Shown: piece by piece, positions 19,767 to 30,318 of the stretch
Position numbering within the stretch: the first letter of the stretch is position 1
Layout of the letters: the number at the start of each line of letters is the position of its first letter
From: Prasinococcaceae sp. CCMP 1430
Taxonomy: Eukaryota > Plantae > Prasinodermophyta
DNA: 30,351 nucleotides
Direction of reading: 5' to 3'
Assembly (NCBI GenBank): GCA_013416795.1
Contig: RQSC01000001.1
Span: 19,332-49,682 of the forward strand
The notes under the pieces: model-generated
The model's input: only the letters and a program-made list of their open reading frames with translations
Database searches by the model: none
Told to the model about the DNA's origin: nothing
Program-made: the position numbers and the translations under genes

Positions 19767-20075
19767 CGCAGGCGCCCGCTGTACCCGAACCTGTAATCTT
19801 TATGTGGAGCGTCCGACGCCCGATCACACTCAACCATAGCCTGTGTAGGCAGTGCCACCCACGGCGAAGTGTCAGGGGCAGCAGGTGACTAACACGGTCA
19901 CGGAGCACCTGTCAGTAGGATGGTCGAAACACTGACACGGTCAGACATACAACACGATCACGGCTCACCTGCATAGATGGTGGACGCATGGTTAGACTAA
20001 GCCATGAGTCGAGGAAGGTCTAGAGGGGACCAGCGAAGAGTGCGTGCGCAAGAGGCGCTCAAAGCACACAGAGCG

Positions 20076-20699
20076 CTACTCACAGTCGATCAGCAGCCCG
20101 CATCCGACGATGGTCGTGGCGTCCGCCGTCAGGTTTCCCGGCGGGAAGATGCTCGCCGACTGGTGCGCCGGTGGCTGCGTGAAGGCGTACTCAATCACCG
20201 ACGGGCTCATATCCGACGAATCGTCCGACTCGGACGCCTCGGCCGCGCCTGCCATCATGATGAATATCATGTTGACGGCCTTCATGTCGCCCCCCTCGAC
20301 GATGGTGGCGCCCGTCAGAGCGACGTTGGGCGGAACGTCGCCCATGACCTCGTCGAAGTTCTCACCGACGAGGTAGTCGTTTGGTTTGCGCATCGCGGTG
20401 CGGATTGGCTTCTCGGTGAAGGCGATCATGTACGAATCCTCGTCGGGGAAGTACATCCTGAGCTTGCCTGTGACCGACTCGTTGCCATTCGCCGAGACAG
20501 GGTCGAGCTGCACCGTGCAAGTCGGCGCTGACTGGCTGAGCAGTATTCGCGGCATATCCATTGACGCAGCTTCGACTCGCGGCACTCCGAGGACGGCCGC
20601 AAAGATGCCGAGGAGCGCGAACAGGCACTGGGATGTGCACGCTCCGGCGCGCCTCGTGCCGGCGCCGGGCGAGGAGGGGCGGCGTGCTGTGGAAGTCAT
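20076..20699 (-). CDS. Secreted/lumenal orphan protein (~207 aa) with signal peptide
   Basis: ATG at 20699; hydrophobic CLFALLGIFAAVLGVPRVEA signal; globular region with AFTEKPIRTA and PPNVAL; ends LLIDCE*. Confidence 0.65.
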   Translation of the reverse strand: MTSTARRPSSPGAGTRRAGACTSQCLFALLGIFAAVLGVPRVEAASMDMPRILLSQSAPTCTVQLDPVSANGNESVTGKLRMYFPDEDSYMIAFTEKPIRTAMRKPNDYLVGENFDEVMGDVPPNVALTGATIVEGGDMKAVNMIFIMMAGAAEASESDDSSDMSPSVIEYAFTQPPAHQSASIFPPGNLTADATTIVGCGLLIDCE

Positions 20700-20868
20700 G
20701 CTCGCCGACAGACGCCTCGGGCCGCCAGCAATGAGCGTGACGGTGTGCGTCCGCGCGAGCGAGCGCACGAGTGGCACGCGCGTCTGAGGCTTGCTGCTGG
20801 GGCCCCACCACGACAGTCGGCGAGCATGGTGTCGACAGCACGCCGCCCCTTCTCGGCCGGCGGCGACG
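20655..20868. repeat. Imperfect fold-back (inverted repeat) centred near 20760
   Basis: Arms 20661-20709 and 20816-20864 are 42/49 reverse-complementary, with weaker pairing further inward. Confidence 0.85.
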
Positions 20869-21039
20869 CGGGGCGTGGCATAAAATTCGATCAAACGTCG
20901 TTGCCATCGACAAAACGTTTTGACGGTTGGACGCACGGAACGCCGAGCAAAATTTAAATTTGTCGATCAAACGAAAATCGATCAAAATACTTTGCACCAA
21001 AAGGGCGCAGCAATTCCGAGGTGCGATGAGCGCAGGCGG

Positions 21040-24000
21040 TCAGCTGGCGTGCCCCCAGCCAGCGGCGTACCCAGCCGGTAGGGCAAAGGAACTGCCCGCG
21101 TAGACCGATGTGGGAGGCGGCTCGCGCATGTGCGCGACGTCCGACTCGACCACTGCTATCCACTGGTCGTATTCCGCGTCGCTCAAGACATGCGCCCACG
21201 CTGGTCGACCGTCCGCGTTCTTGTCCTCTGCGGCGGGGCTATTGCTGCCGTTGTCACGCTTGGGAGCAGCGCCACTGCCTTTCTTGCCTGTCCTCTTACG
21301 CGTGCTTGCGACGCGTTTCTTTGGAAGAGCGGGCAGGCCGAGACCGCTTCCCAGCCCGGTGCCAATGCCTGAACCAGACGCACCTTCACCTGCATGAGCA
21401 TCCACGGCTTTCGTGGCCGCGCCAGCGCCTGTAGGCTTCCTCTCCGGGAGCCTGGTCAGGCCGCTGCCACCAAAGTCAGAGAGCGCAGGCGTGGCACCCT
21501 CGCCTTCATCGGCGGTCGCCCGGACGGAACGGGCGGCCGGCGACGCCGCAGCTCCGCCGTGCCCACCCTCACCACGCAGGAGGACTGGAAGCTCGGGGGA
21601 TCTCGGGGGGCTGGCGCGAGCCGTGATGGTGCTGCCGCCCACGTGGAGCCGAGCAAGCGCGTCGGTGGCTGCACGCGGCGAGTTCTCGCGCGCGGCTGTG
21701 CTGTCGCTGGACGTGCCATACGCGCCCCTGCTCGCGGCCGCGCGCACGGCCTCACGCTCGGCGCGCACTTCGTCACTGTCGCTCATCTCCGGCAGCGGGT
21801 GCGAATCCATGAGCTCAACCACAGGTGATTGAAGGGCCGAGTCCTCGCGGGCGAGCGTAGATTCCTCGGGCACGCGCGACGGCGATTCGATAGCATCAGG
21901 CTGATCGGGATCGTTGATCCCCGAACCAGCGCCTCGGCCGCTGCCAGCCTGCTCAGATTGCTGCTCCTGTGCCCGCTGCGCCGTCGAAGGCTGTTCCGCC
22001 AGCTGCTGCGTGTCCTCATCGTCCTGCTGCTGCTGGCCATGGCGCCGCCGCCTGCGCAGCTGCTGTTCCTGGGGCCGTTCCTGCGGCGAGCGTACGCCGG
22101 CGTGGCCACTTGAAAGCGGAGTGGGTGCAACATCACTCGCTCCCAGGTCAGCACTCGCATCCTGGCCCTCCCGCACAGCTTGCACGCTCACATGCGGTGG
22201 GTTGGCCGCGGCGTGCACACCGCTGCTAGCAGCGCCAGCTGACGCGCCTGGGGCATGCATGGGCGCATGCATGGCCGCCCCCTGCGCGAGCAGCGGGCCC
22301 AAGACGCCACGTAGCAGCGAAGCCTGTGCTGGATGCACCGCCGAGCGGCCGTCACCCGTCAAGAAGAGCGGGGGACGCACCGCATGCGTCGCCGACAGAT
22401 CGGCCTCTGCACCAAGCTGGGACTGTGCGTGGCCATGCGGATGCTGCCCAGCCGCACCCTGCTGCGACTGCGCACCCGGCTGCACAGCAGTGTGCGTGCT
22501 ACCACGCGTGCCACCACATACGTGCGATAGCTCCATCATCAGTGCACCAAGGGTGCTCAGCTCCTGGCACAATCGGCGGCGGCGCGCACTGTCGACGCCG
22601 AGGGCGAAGTCAGAGTGAGCACGGTCGTCAGGGATACGCGGGTGAACGCACCAGCGAGCGCACAACGGCAACTAACTATCAGTAAGCATCCGCCATGGCG
22701 CTTGTTCCGCGCAGCCGCAGCCGCACCTCATGTCGTCACTGGCAGAGCCTCCAGCGCCAGCCCGTGCCGACGCGCGCAGCAGCACGGCCAAATTGGTAAG
22801 TGCGCGCGGTGCCCTGCGGCTGAGAACAGCAGCTGCTGCCTCGGCCGCCTCGGCGGTCTCGAGGGCGAGTTGGCGGGCGTCATCGTGCTCAACGTCATGC
22901 ACCGCACCGTCGCCGTCCACGCTGCTGGAGCCACGCGCCACAGGATGTGGCGCGGGCGTCGCATGGTAGAATTCAGACCCGATCGTCGCCGCGGTCGAGA
23001 ACGCCGTTGAGTGCGAGAGCGCGGTGATGTTCGTCACGCCACTGCTAGCGAGCGACGCGACGCTGGCGCTATCGTCGTTCTCGTGCGTGCCGAGCTCGCC
23101 AAGCTCATCGACGGGCTCGCCAAGCTCGGAGCCACCGGCCTCCGACGTACAGCGGAGCCGCTCTGCGCCACCAAAGTCGAGCGAGTGCACACTCGTGGTA
23201 TCCGAGAACGCGTAATCGGCAGCAGTGGGCGCGGCAGCGCTGCCTCGCGTGGACGGGCGCGCGGTTGCGACCGCCGGGAAGCGCTGCGGGAAGGAGCTGA
23301 GGCACGCGCGCACGGCAGAGAGAGCCGTGGTGCCTTGCTGCCCTTGCTGGGCGCTCGCGCTCGCGTTCGCGTGCGCGCTCGAACTCGCGCCCTGCGCCTG
23401 CAGATGCGCGTCGGCATCGCGCTCTGCCCCGCCGTCAGGCTGCGACTCCTGCGATTGTCGTGGTTGCTGGCCTTGCTGGCCTTGCTGTGCGTGCTGGCCC
23501 CGCGCTTGCGCCTGGTTCAACGCCATCTGCACCATCTCGCTGACGTTCGGCATGCCCGCCACACCTTGCGCGGCGCCCACGGTGGCACCGTCCAACTCGA
23601 CGCTGAAGCTGTGCGTCACCGTGTGCGACGGCGTCTGCGCCTGCGCTTGGGGTGCTTGCTCGCCCTCGCTGTCCTGCGCCTGCTGCTGCTGCTGCCGTGC
23701 CCCGTCGGTGCCAGCGTCTCCCCGCGCTTGCGGCTGGCCCATAGCTGCCGCAATCGTCTCGCTGATAATGGCGCTCATGTCGGGCACCCCCGACACCCCC
23801 GTCCCCGCGCCATCAGTGGCGTCCGCGCCCGCAGAGATGGGGATGTCGGCGATGTGAACGTGCGCGGACACCACGGAAGGGCGCAGCTGCGCCGGCGGCG
23901 CGACGTCCGCCGGATCGGAGAGCAGCACACCCAGCGGGCGCACGACGAGGTGCAGAGTATCGCCGTCCTCAACGCCGAACGACTCGAGCGTCGCGCCCGC

Positions 24001-24252
24001 GCCCGCGTCCGCGCCCCCGCCGGTGCTGGTGCCGGTGGCGGCCGCGGCGGCTGGCGCGACGTCGGCCATCACGCGCCCGCGGAAGATAAGCCGCTGGTTG
24101 GACGCTGCCGCGCCCGAGCGCCCCTCGAGCAGCAGCTTGAGCGCATGCACGGTGGCGCCCCGCGGCACCGCCAGGTCGTACGTGTGGTTGTCGAGCGTCT
24201 TCACGTGCAGGCGCAGCTCGCCGCCGGGCGCACCACCGGCGCCCGCGTCCAT
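21040..24252 (-). CDS. N-terminal ubiquitin-like domain protein, BAG6/Scythe-like; main intron 22726-22589
   Basis: LRLHVKTLDNHTYDLAV...QRLIFRGRVM is a UBL domain. LSTLGALMMELSH resembles the plant BAG6 motif (LGALLLELG). Phase-2 intron GTGCGG..CAG. The rest is low complexity. Confidence 0.75.
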
Positions 24253-24798
24253 CGCGGCAGCCCCCGCGGCGCGCGCGCTCGCGCGCGCTCGCGAGCCCTC
24301 CTTCGCGTCGGACAGGGACGCGCGGCTGGACGGGTGGGCGTGGACCGCGATCGGGGCACGGTGTGGCGGACCCGAGGGTGGAGCGCGGCGGCGGCGAGCG
24401 GGCGTACTCGTGCGGCGCGTGGCGTCGCTTTTTTAATTCCGCCCGCATTTCCGCCGCATTTCCGCGCTCCCAAAAAATCCCCGCCTGACGATTGATGGAT
24501 ATTTCGCCGCGAATTTCCACGCCGAAACGACGCGATAAAAAAAGGGCGCATGCGATCGGCGCCGGCGCTGCGCCTCCGAAGAAAGGGTTCGGATGTAAGG
24601 GTTGAAATGTAGGGTCCATTTGGTGCGCGAAGGCCTCGACGGAGAGCGAGGCGGCCAGAGTGCACGAGGAGAGAGCGCGCGCGCGCGCGGCGGTCAAGCA
24701 AGCAGGCCCTCCACGGCGATTTACTGGCATGGTACGTACGTACATGTATGTATACAACAGGATTCGCGCGACTCATCGCGCTCGGCATGCCGCGGCGC

Positions 24799-26850
24799 TC
24801 AGATGGATGCGTTCTCGCGCAGGTCATAGTAGAGCCCGCGCGCGGCGAGCAGCGACTCGTGCGTCCCCTCCTCGGCCACGGCGCCGTCACGCATCACCAC
24901 GATGTGGTCCGCCTGGCGCACGGTCGACAGGCGGTGCGCGATGACGAGCACCGTCCTCTTCGTGCCTGCGGTCCCCTGCGCGTGCATCGCGTTGTCGAGC
25001 GCGGCCTGCACGAGCGCCTGGCTCTCTGGATCCAGCGCCGAGGTGGCCTCGTCGAGCAGCAGCAGCCGCGGATCGCGCACGAGCGCGCGAGCGATTGCGA
25101 TGCGCTGCTTCTGCCCCCCGCTGAGGGTCTTCGCCTTGACGATCGTATCATATCCCTCTGGCAGCCTTTCGATGAAGTCGTTGGCGTTGGCCGCGCGGGC
25201 CGCCTCGCGCACTTGCGCATCGGTTGCATCAGCGCAACCGTATCGAATGTTCTCTCGCACGCTGGTCTCGAAGAGCTGGGGCTCTTGCGACACCACCGAG
25301 GTTTGAGCGCGCAGCCAGCGCAGGTCGCGCCCCGGGTCCATCTCAGTGCCATCGATGAGGATGCGTCCCGAGTCAGGCGCGTACAGCCCTTGCACGAGCT
25401 GCGCGACCGTCGATTTTCCTGAGCCACTCGCTCCGACGAGCGCGGTCGTTCCCGGCCGCAACTCGAGCGAGCATCCTCGAAGGACGTGGGCGCCCGGACG
25501 TGAGGGGTACGAAAAGTGGACGTCCTGGAAGCTGATGTTTCCCATGAATCGCCGCTGGTCGGATGGATGCCGCTCGTGCGCGTCGCCCGTGTCATGCGCT
25601 CGCTGATGCTTGGACTCGGCCAGTTCCACCGACGACGGCAGCTCCGACAGGCGCACGACGCGTTCGCAGGCCCCCAGACCCTCCACCAGCGACGCCGCCT
25701 GCTCACCCACCGCCAGCGCCGCTCCCAAAACCATCTCTGTGTAGAGCGCGAACGTGGTGACCGTCTGTCCGTCCGAGAGGCCAGCAAGCCCCATCGACCC
25801 GCCCACAAGCAACGCTGTCAATTTCGTGCCCTGGAAGAGGCCCGACCCAAACGTCGTAAAGAGGCCGTAGGCGGCCGCCTGCCGAGCTGCAACTGCGCAC
25901 ACGTCGGCGTTGGCGGCGTCGAAGCGCGCCGTCTCGCGCTCCTCCCCGCCAAAGGCGCGCACGAGCTTGGGGCGCGAGAGCGCCTCGCCTGCCGTGCGGC
26001 TCACCCCCGCGAGCGTGTCCTGCTGTGCGCGCGCCGCGCGGCGCGCGAACGCGCCGTAGCGAGTGGTGAGCGTCCAGTGCGCGGCCCCCACCACGAACAC
26101 AATTCCTGCGAGCTTGGGGCTGAGGTGCACCAGGAAGGCCGCTCCGAACACCATCTGGATGGCGTTGCGCAGCAGCACGTTGAGGTGCAGGCCCAGCGCG
26201 CGCGCCACAGCCTGGCAGTCGTTCGTCACGCGGGACGTCAGCTCCCCCGAGTCGAACCTGCGGGTGAGGGCGTACCATGATGGTACGTAGACACCGGGTT
26301 GGGGATTGGAGTTGAGGTTAGCGTTTGGAGGGTTTAACACACACAGCGCGCCCGCACGGCACCGCCGCAGGCGCTGTGGTTCGCGCGGCCACCGCGCCCA
26401 TGCACGCACCTGTCGAAGAATTCCATGTCGGTCCTGACGAGGGCCGCGAAGAGCCGCGCGCGCAGCCTCGCGACCATGCGATAGTTGAGCACGGAGAAGA
26501 GCATGCCGCGCACGCCAGCGGCGAGCGAGGCCGTAACGGCGAGCGCGAGCAGGAGGCGTGCGGATGTGGCAAACGCCGCCGCGTCACCGCCGGCCGCCGC
26601 GAAGATGAGTGCCGCCACGCACGCGGGCACGCACAGCTCGGCTGCAGACGCCACTACGAGTGCGACAACCGCGCCCGCGTACACCGCGCGCTGCTCCGCA
26701 ACGAGCCCGAGCAGCCTCGCGGCCGTCTCGCGCAGCGGCAGCTGCTCGCCACTTGAGCTGTCGCCGCGCGCAGCGCCGCCCGCCTCGCCTGCGTCCGCCT
26801 CTCGCACTCCCGTCGGCAGCGCCCACCACGTGCGCCAGCCGCGCCAGCCG
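24799..26850 (-). CDS. ABCB half transporter, TAP-like (closest recalled: plastid ABCB26/TAP1); exons ~26850-26410 and 26257-24799; start unresolved
   Basis: TMD (RLRARLF...FFDR|[10 protein letters not shown]), Walker [11 protein letters not shown]-loop [40 protein letters not shown]-terminal WW...RLLGLV resembles ABCB26. Confidence 0.92.
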
Positions 26851-27269
26851 CGCCGAAGCTCGACAGCATTGTTTGACCGACTCGATACTCTGTCGCGCCG
26901 TCGTAGACGGAGAGGTAGCGCTCGGCGGCGCCGCCATCATCGCCCCCCGTCACCGCCACCACTTTGTACATGACCTCGGCCCACGAGGGCGGCGCGGTCG
27001 GCACGCGGGCTGGGCGCGTCGACGTTGACACCTCGTAGTCGGCGCGCAGCTGCTGGAGGACGCGCATTCGCTCGCCGGCGTCGGAGTCATCGACAGACCG
27101 GCCGAGAGGCGCGCAAGCACGAGGAATGCCCGCCGGATCAGGCCGCGCATCGAGCAGACGCATCGCGCTCACGAGCGCCTCGGCCGCCTCTGCCGCGGCT
27201 GCGGCAACGACCACGTCACCGCCCGTGGGCGCCACAGAATCCGCGGGCGCGGCCCGCAAGCCAGCGCCG
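26850..27269 (-). CDS. Orphan-domain ORF (YKVVAV...RYLSVYDGATEYRVGQT); 5' end at N 27270
   Basis: Protein-like conserved-looking block within ORF 27310-26654. It recalls an uncharacterised algal/protist motif (YK.VA...SIYDG.TEY.IG); not verified. Confidence 0.45.
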
Positions 27270-27270
27270 N

Positions 27271-28884
27271 GCGTCGGCGGCCGCCGTCGGCGCCGTGCTG
27301 CAGCTCGCAAAGCTGGCGCTCGCGGACGCGTCGGGGCGGTACCTGGGCGCGACGGCGTACGGCGCGCGCGCCGCGTTCCTCGCGCCGTTCGCGCTCACCA
27401 AAGCGACCACAAACCTGTTCGTCGGCGCCGCCGCTGACGAGCGCGGCAGGCGGCCGCTCGCGCTCGCGGGATGGCTGCTGGGGGGCGTCATGATGCCGCT
27501 GGCTGCGTACGCGGTCGACGCGCTCGGCGCGAGCACTGCAGGCTGGATTGCCGTGTGCGTGACGGCCGGCTCGCTCGGACTGCACCAGGGGCTCACATGG
27601 TCTGTGGCGGTGTTCTTCGCCGTCGACGTGGGCGGCGAGCGCCTGCGCGGCCTCATGAGCGGCGCGGCGGAGAGTTTGGGCTATGGCGCAGCGGCAGTCG
27701 CTGCTCGCGTGTACGACGGGTGGGAGGCGCGCGCGGTGAGCTGCGCTTGGGCGCTGCCGCTCGGAGAGCGCACGCCCGAATGCGCCGCGCAGGCAGGCCA
27801 ATGCGAGGTGGCGGACGACTGGGTGACCGCGTGCGCGGGCGCGTGCGTGTGCCATGGCTACATGGGCGCCTTCGCCGTCATCGGCATGGTCTGCGTCGCG
27901 GGATTACTCATGGTGTACTTGGGCATGTATGAGACCGCGCCGGCGCTGGTGGAGGCCGAGGGGTGCAAGACGGCCTTCTTCGAGCTCAGTGAGGTCGCCA
28001 CCGCTGATGACGCGGCGTTCGATGCCGGTGGCGACCACGTCGGGAGCGGCGTTGGCGGCGGCGATGCCGCGGACGGTGACGGCGGCGCCGGGGGCGGCCA
28101 CTCAGACGACAAGGACGCAGAGGAGGCGCGGCTCATCGGGCGAGGCGAGGGTGACCCCGTGCTCTTTCACGGCGGCAGTCGCAGGGAGAGTGGCGGAAAT
28201 TCGGTCGGTCGCAACGGCGGCGACCGAGTGCGCGCCGAGGCCGAGCGCCCGCTGGGTGCCGAGCTGGGCGCCGCACCGCGGCGCCGCGCAGTGTGGGCGC
28301 GGACGCTGTGGGGCTGTCGCTCGACACGCGCGATGTGCGCGGCTGGGTTGGTCACGAACGGCGTCACCGGGCTGGTGTGGGGCGTCGTCAGCGTGTGGGC
28401 GCGCGACGCTGCCGGTCTCAGCGGCGCGCAGCGCGACGCCGCGCTGGGCGCGTACGCGCTGGGGAAGGGGCTGGTACAGCTCGCGTCGGGCGGGCTGAGC
28501 GACTGGCTCGGAAGGAAGTGGCTCGTGGCGGGCGGACTCGCGGCCAACGGCGCCGCGCTGGGCGTCCTCGCGGCGGCTGCCGCGGCGCACCTCGCGCCGC
28601 AGGCGAGCAATCGCTACCTCATGGGCACCTTCGTCGTCCTCGGGCTGGGCACGGGGCTCCTCTACCCAGTGATGGCCGCGGCGGTGTGCGACCACACGAG
28701 CCGCGGCGCGCAGGCGACCGCGATCGGGGCGTTCCGCTTCGCGCGCGACTCGGGATACGCCGTGGGCGCCGTCGCGGGGCTCGTGGCGGACGCGGGCTCC
28801 GCGCCTGCCGCCATGGGCGCGTGCGCGCTCGCGTGCGCCGCCGCCGCCGCCGCAGTGGCGTGGTGGTACAGGGAGCGGCGATGA
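27271..28884 (+). CDS. Bacterial-type MFS transporter, intronless over the visible span, 5' partial
   Basis: FALTKATTNLFVGAAADERGRR, LGLHQGLTWS, RLRGLMSGAAESLGY, GKGLVQLASGGLSDWLGRK, GTGLLYP, GAFRFARDSGY; about 12 hydrophobic segments. Confidence 0.88.
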   Translation, partial: ASAAAVGAVLQLAKLALADASGRYLGATAYGARAAFLAPFALTKATTNLFVGAAADERGRRPLALAGWLLGGVMMPLAAYAVDALGASTAGWIAVCVTAGSLGLHQGLTWSVAVFFAVDVGGERLRGLMSGAAESLGYGAAAVAARVYDGWEARAVSCAWALPLGERTPECAAQAGQCEVADDWVTACAGACVCHGYMGAFAVIGMVCVAGLLMVYLGMYETAPALVEAEGCKTAFFELSEVATADDAAFDAGGDHVGSGVGGGDAADGDGGAGGGHSDDKDAEEARLIGRGEGDPVLFHGGSRRESGGNSVGRNGGDRVRAEAERPLGAELGAAPRRRAVWARTLWGCRSTRAMCAAGLVTNGVTGLVWGVVSVWARDAAGLSGAQRDAALGAYALGKGLVQLASGGLSDWLGRKWLVAGGLAANGAALGVLAAAAAAHLAPQASNRYLMGTFVVLGLGTGLLYPVMAAAVCDHTSRGAQATAIGAFRFARDSGYAVGAVAGLVADAGSAPAAMGACALACAAAAAAVAWWYRERR

Positions 28885-28938
28885 GGACAAAAAGCGTAAT
28901 AGTGAGCGTAATTACGTCGGCAGGCAGCGGGCGCGCGC

Positions 28939-29073
28939 TCAGCGCTTCCTGGCGGCGCGCCGCCGGCCAGCCTTCTTCACCGCGCCCTGCGCCGCGTCCA
29001 CGACCTCCTCGCCGGCTTCCCTCACGCTCTCCACGCCGGCCTCGATGCTCTTCCTCGCGGCCCTGACGCCGTC
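28939..29073 (-). CDS. Terminal exon of an unidentified gene whose upstream part lies in or after N gap 29145-29431
   Basis: CTGAC branch and CAG acceptor, then DGVRAARKSIEAGVESVREAGEEVVDAAQGAVKKAGRRRAARKR* with high GC3. Confidence 0.55.
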   Translation of the reverse strand, partial: DGVRAARKSIEAGVESVREAGEEVVDAAQGAVKKAGRRRAARKR

Positions 29074-29780
29074 CTGCGCGGGCGCGTCCGGCGACCAAAA
29101 TCGCGCGCGGCGGCCGAGTCAGCGCGCCGCGGTCAGCGCGCGGGNNNNNNNNNNNNNNNNNNNNNNNNNNNNNNNNNNNNNNNNNNNNNNNNNNNNNNNN
29201 NNNNNNNNNNNNNNNNNNNNNNNNNNNNNNNNNNNNNNNNNNNNNNNNNNNNNNNNNNNNNNNNNNNNNNNNNNNNNNNNNNNNNNNNNNNNNNNNNNNN
29301 NNNNNNNNNNNNNNNNNNNNNNNNNNNNNNNNNNNNNNNNNNNNNNNNNNNNNNNNNNNNNNNNNNNNNNNNNNNNNNNNNNNNNNNNNNNNNNNNNNNN
29401 NNNNNNNNNNNNNNNNNNNNNNNNNNNNNNNCCCGCCGACGCGCCGACCCTCAGTCGCGTCTCCGCGCCCGCGGCTCCTGCGGCCAGGCGAGCGGGCGGG
29501 CGGCCGCGTAGGCGGGCAGCGTGGGTGAGTCGGGTGTCGGGTGGGGTGGGGGGGGACTGTGCGCGCGCGCTGTGGCGCGCCCCCGCCCCCGCGCCACGCT
29601 CGCCTTCACGTCTCGACCCGCAATTTCATCCGCGTATACGACGACATCCCCCCATCTCCGAGCGCGCTCCCGCGGGACAATACCCAGAAACGAACCCGCA
29701 AAACGCCCCCCCCACCGGTCCCGGTCCCCACCGCCTACCCAGCCAGCCACGCCGACTGATGACCGACAGACGCTGCTACG

Positions 29781-29924
29781 TAGCGGCGGGGGTGCGGAAA
29801 TTCTCCATGAGTAGCCCGGGTAAAACTGGGCGCCCTGGCCAAGCGGCGCGCGCTGGAACGATTCTTAGGCGGGCGTAAATCCGCCTGGCGAGGCGAACGA
29901 TTTTAAAGCTCACCTCCGTACAGT
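29781..29924. repeat. Dispersed ~145-bp element, copy B
   Basis: Same orientation as 7251-7396; 85% identity over 110 ungapped bp. Confidence 0.85.
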
Positions 29925-30283
29925 GTACGTATGTCAGTGCACACCCACTCGTGCCAATTGGGGTATGAGCTTCAAAAGAGGGTCTAAAACGAGGGATCTC
30001 AATGCACATTTTGATCTTGACTTCGACGTCGGAGGGGCGACGGGGTTGGGGGTGGCGCGCCGCGAGCGGGCGTGAACGTAATAGACCCTCTCACGTCGCA
30101 ACGACCCTTAATACGCTCGCGTTTCGAACCTAAACCTCCGGCGGCTTCATTCCTGCCCCCCTCCTTCCGCTTCCGGGTGCGTTTCGATGGCCGCGTCCGG
30201 GCGGGGTGATCTCCGAGGTCGAAACGCACGCGGCCGGCGCGTTTGCGCGGCGCATTGGGCGCGCGCGCGCGCGCGCCGGGCGC

Positions 30284-30318
30284 AAAAAAAAAAGAAAAAG
30301 AAAAAGAAAAAGAAAAAG
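30284..30318 (+). repeat. (AAAAAG)n microsatellite
   Basis: Seen directly. Confidence 0.9.

Noticed and set aside
19870-20000. CRISPR-like repeat/spacer pattern
   Set aside because: Only two imperfect repeats, no cas genes, eukaryotic context.
5321-27270. Apparent frameshifts at 5321, 11216, 18551 and 27270
   Set aside because: Each coincides with an N placeholder of unknown true length, so these are assembly gaps rather than pseudogenisation or recoding.
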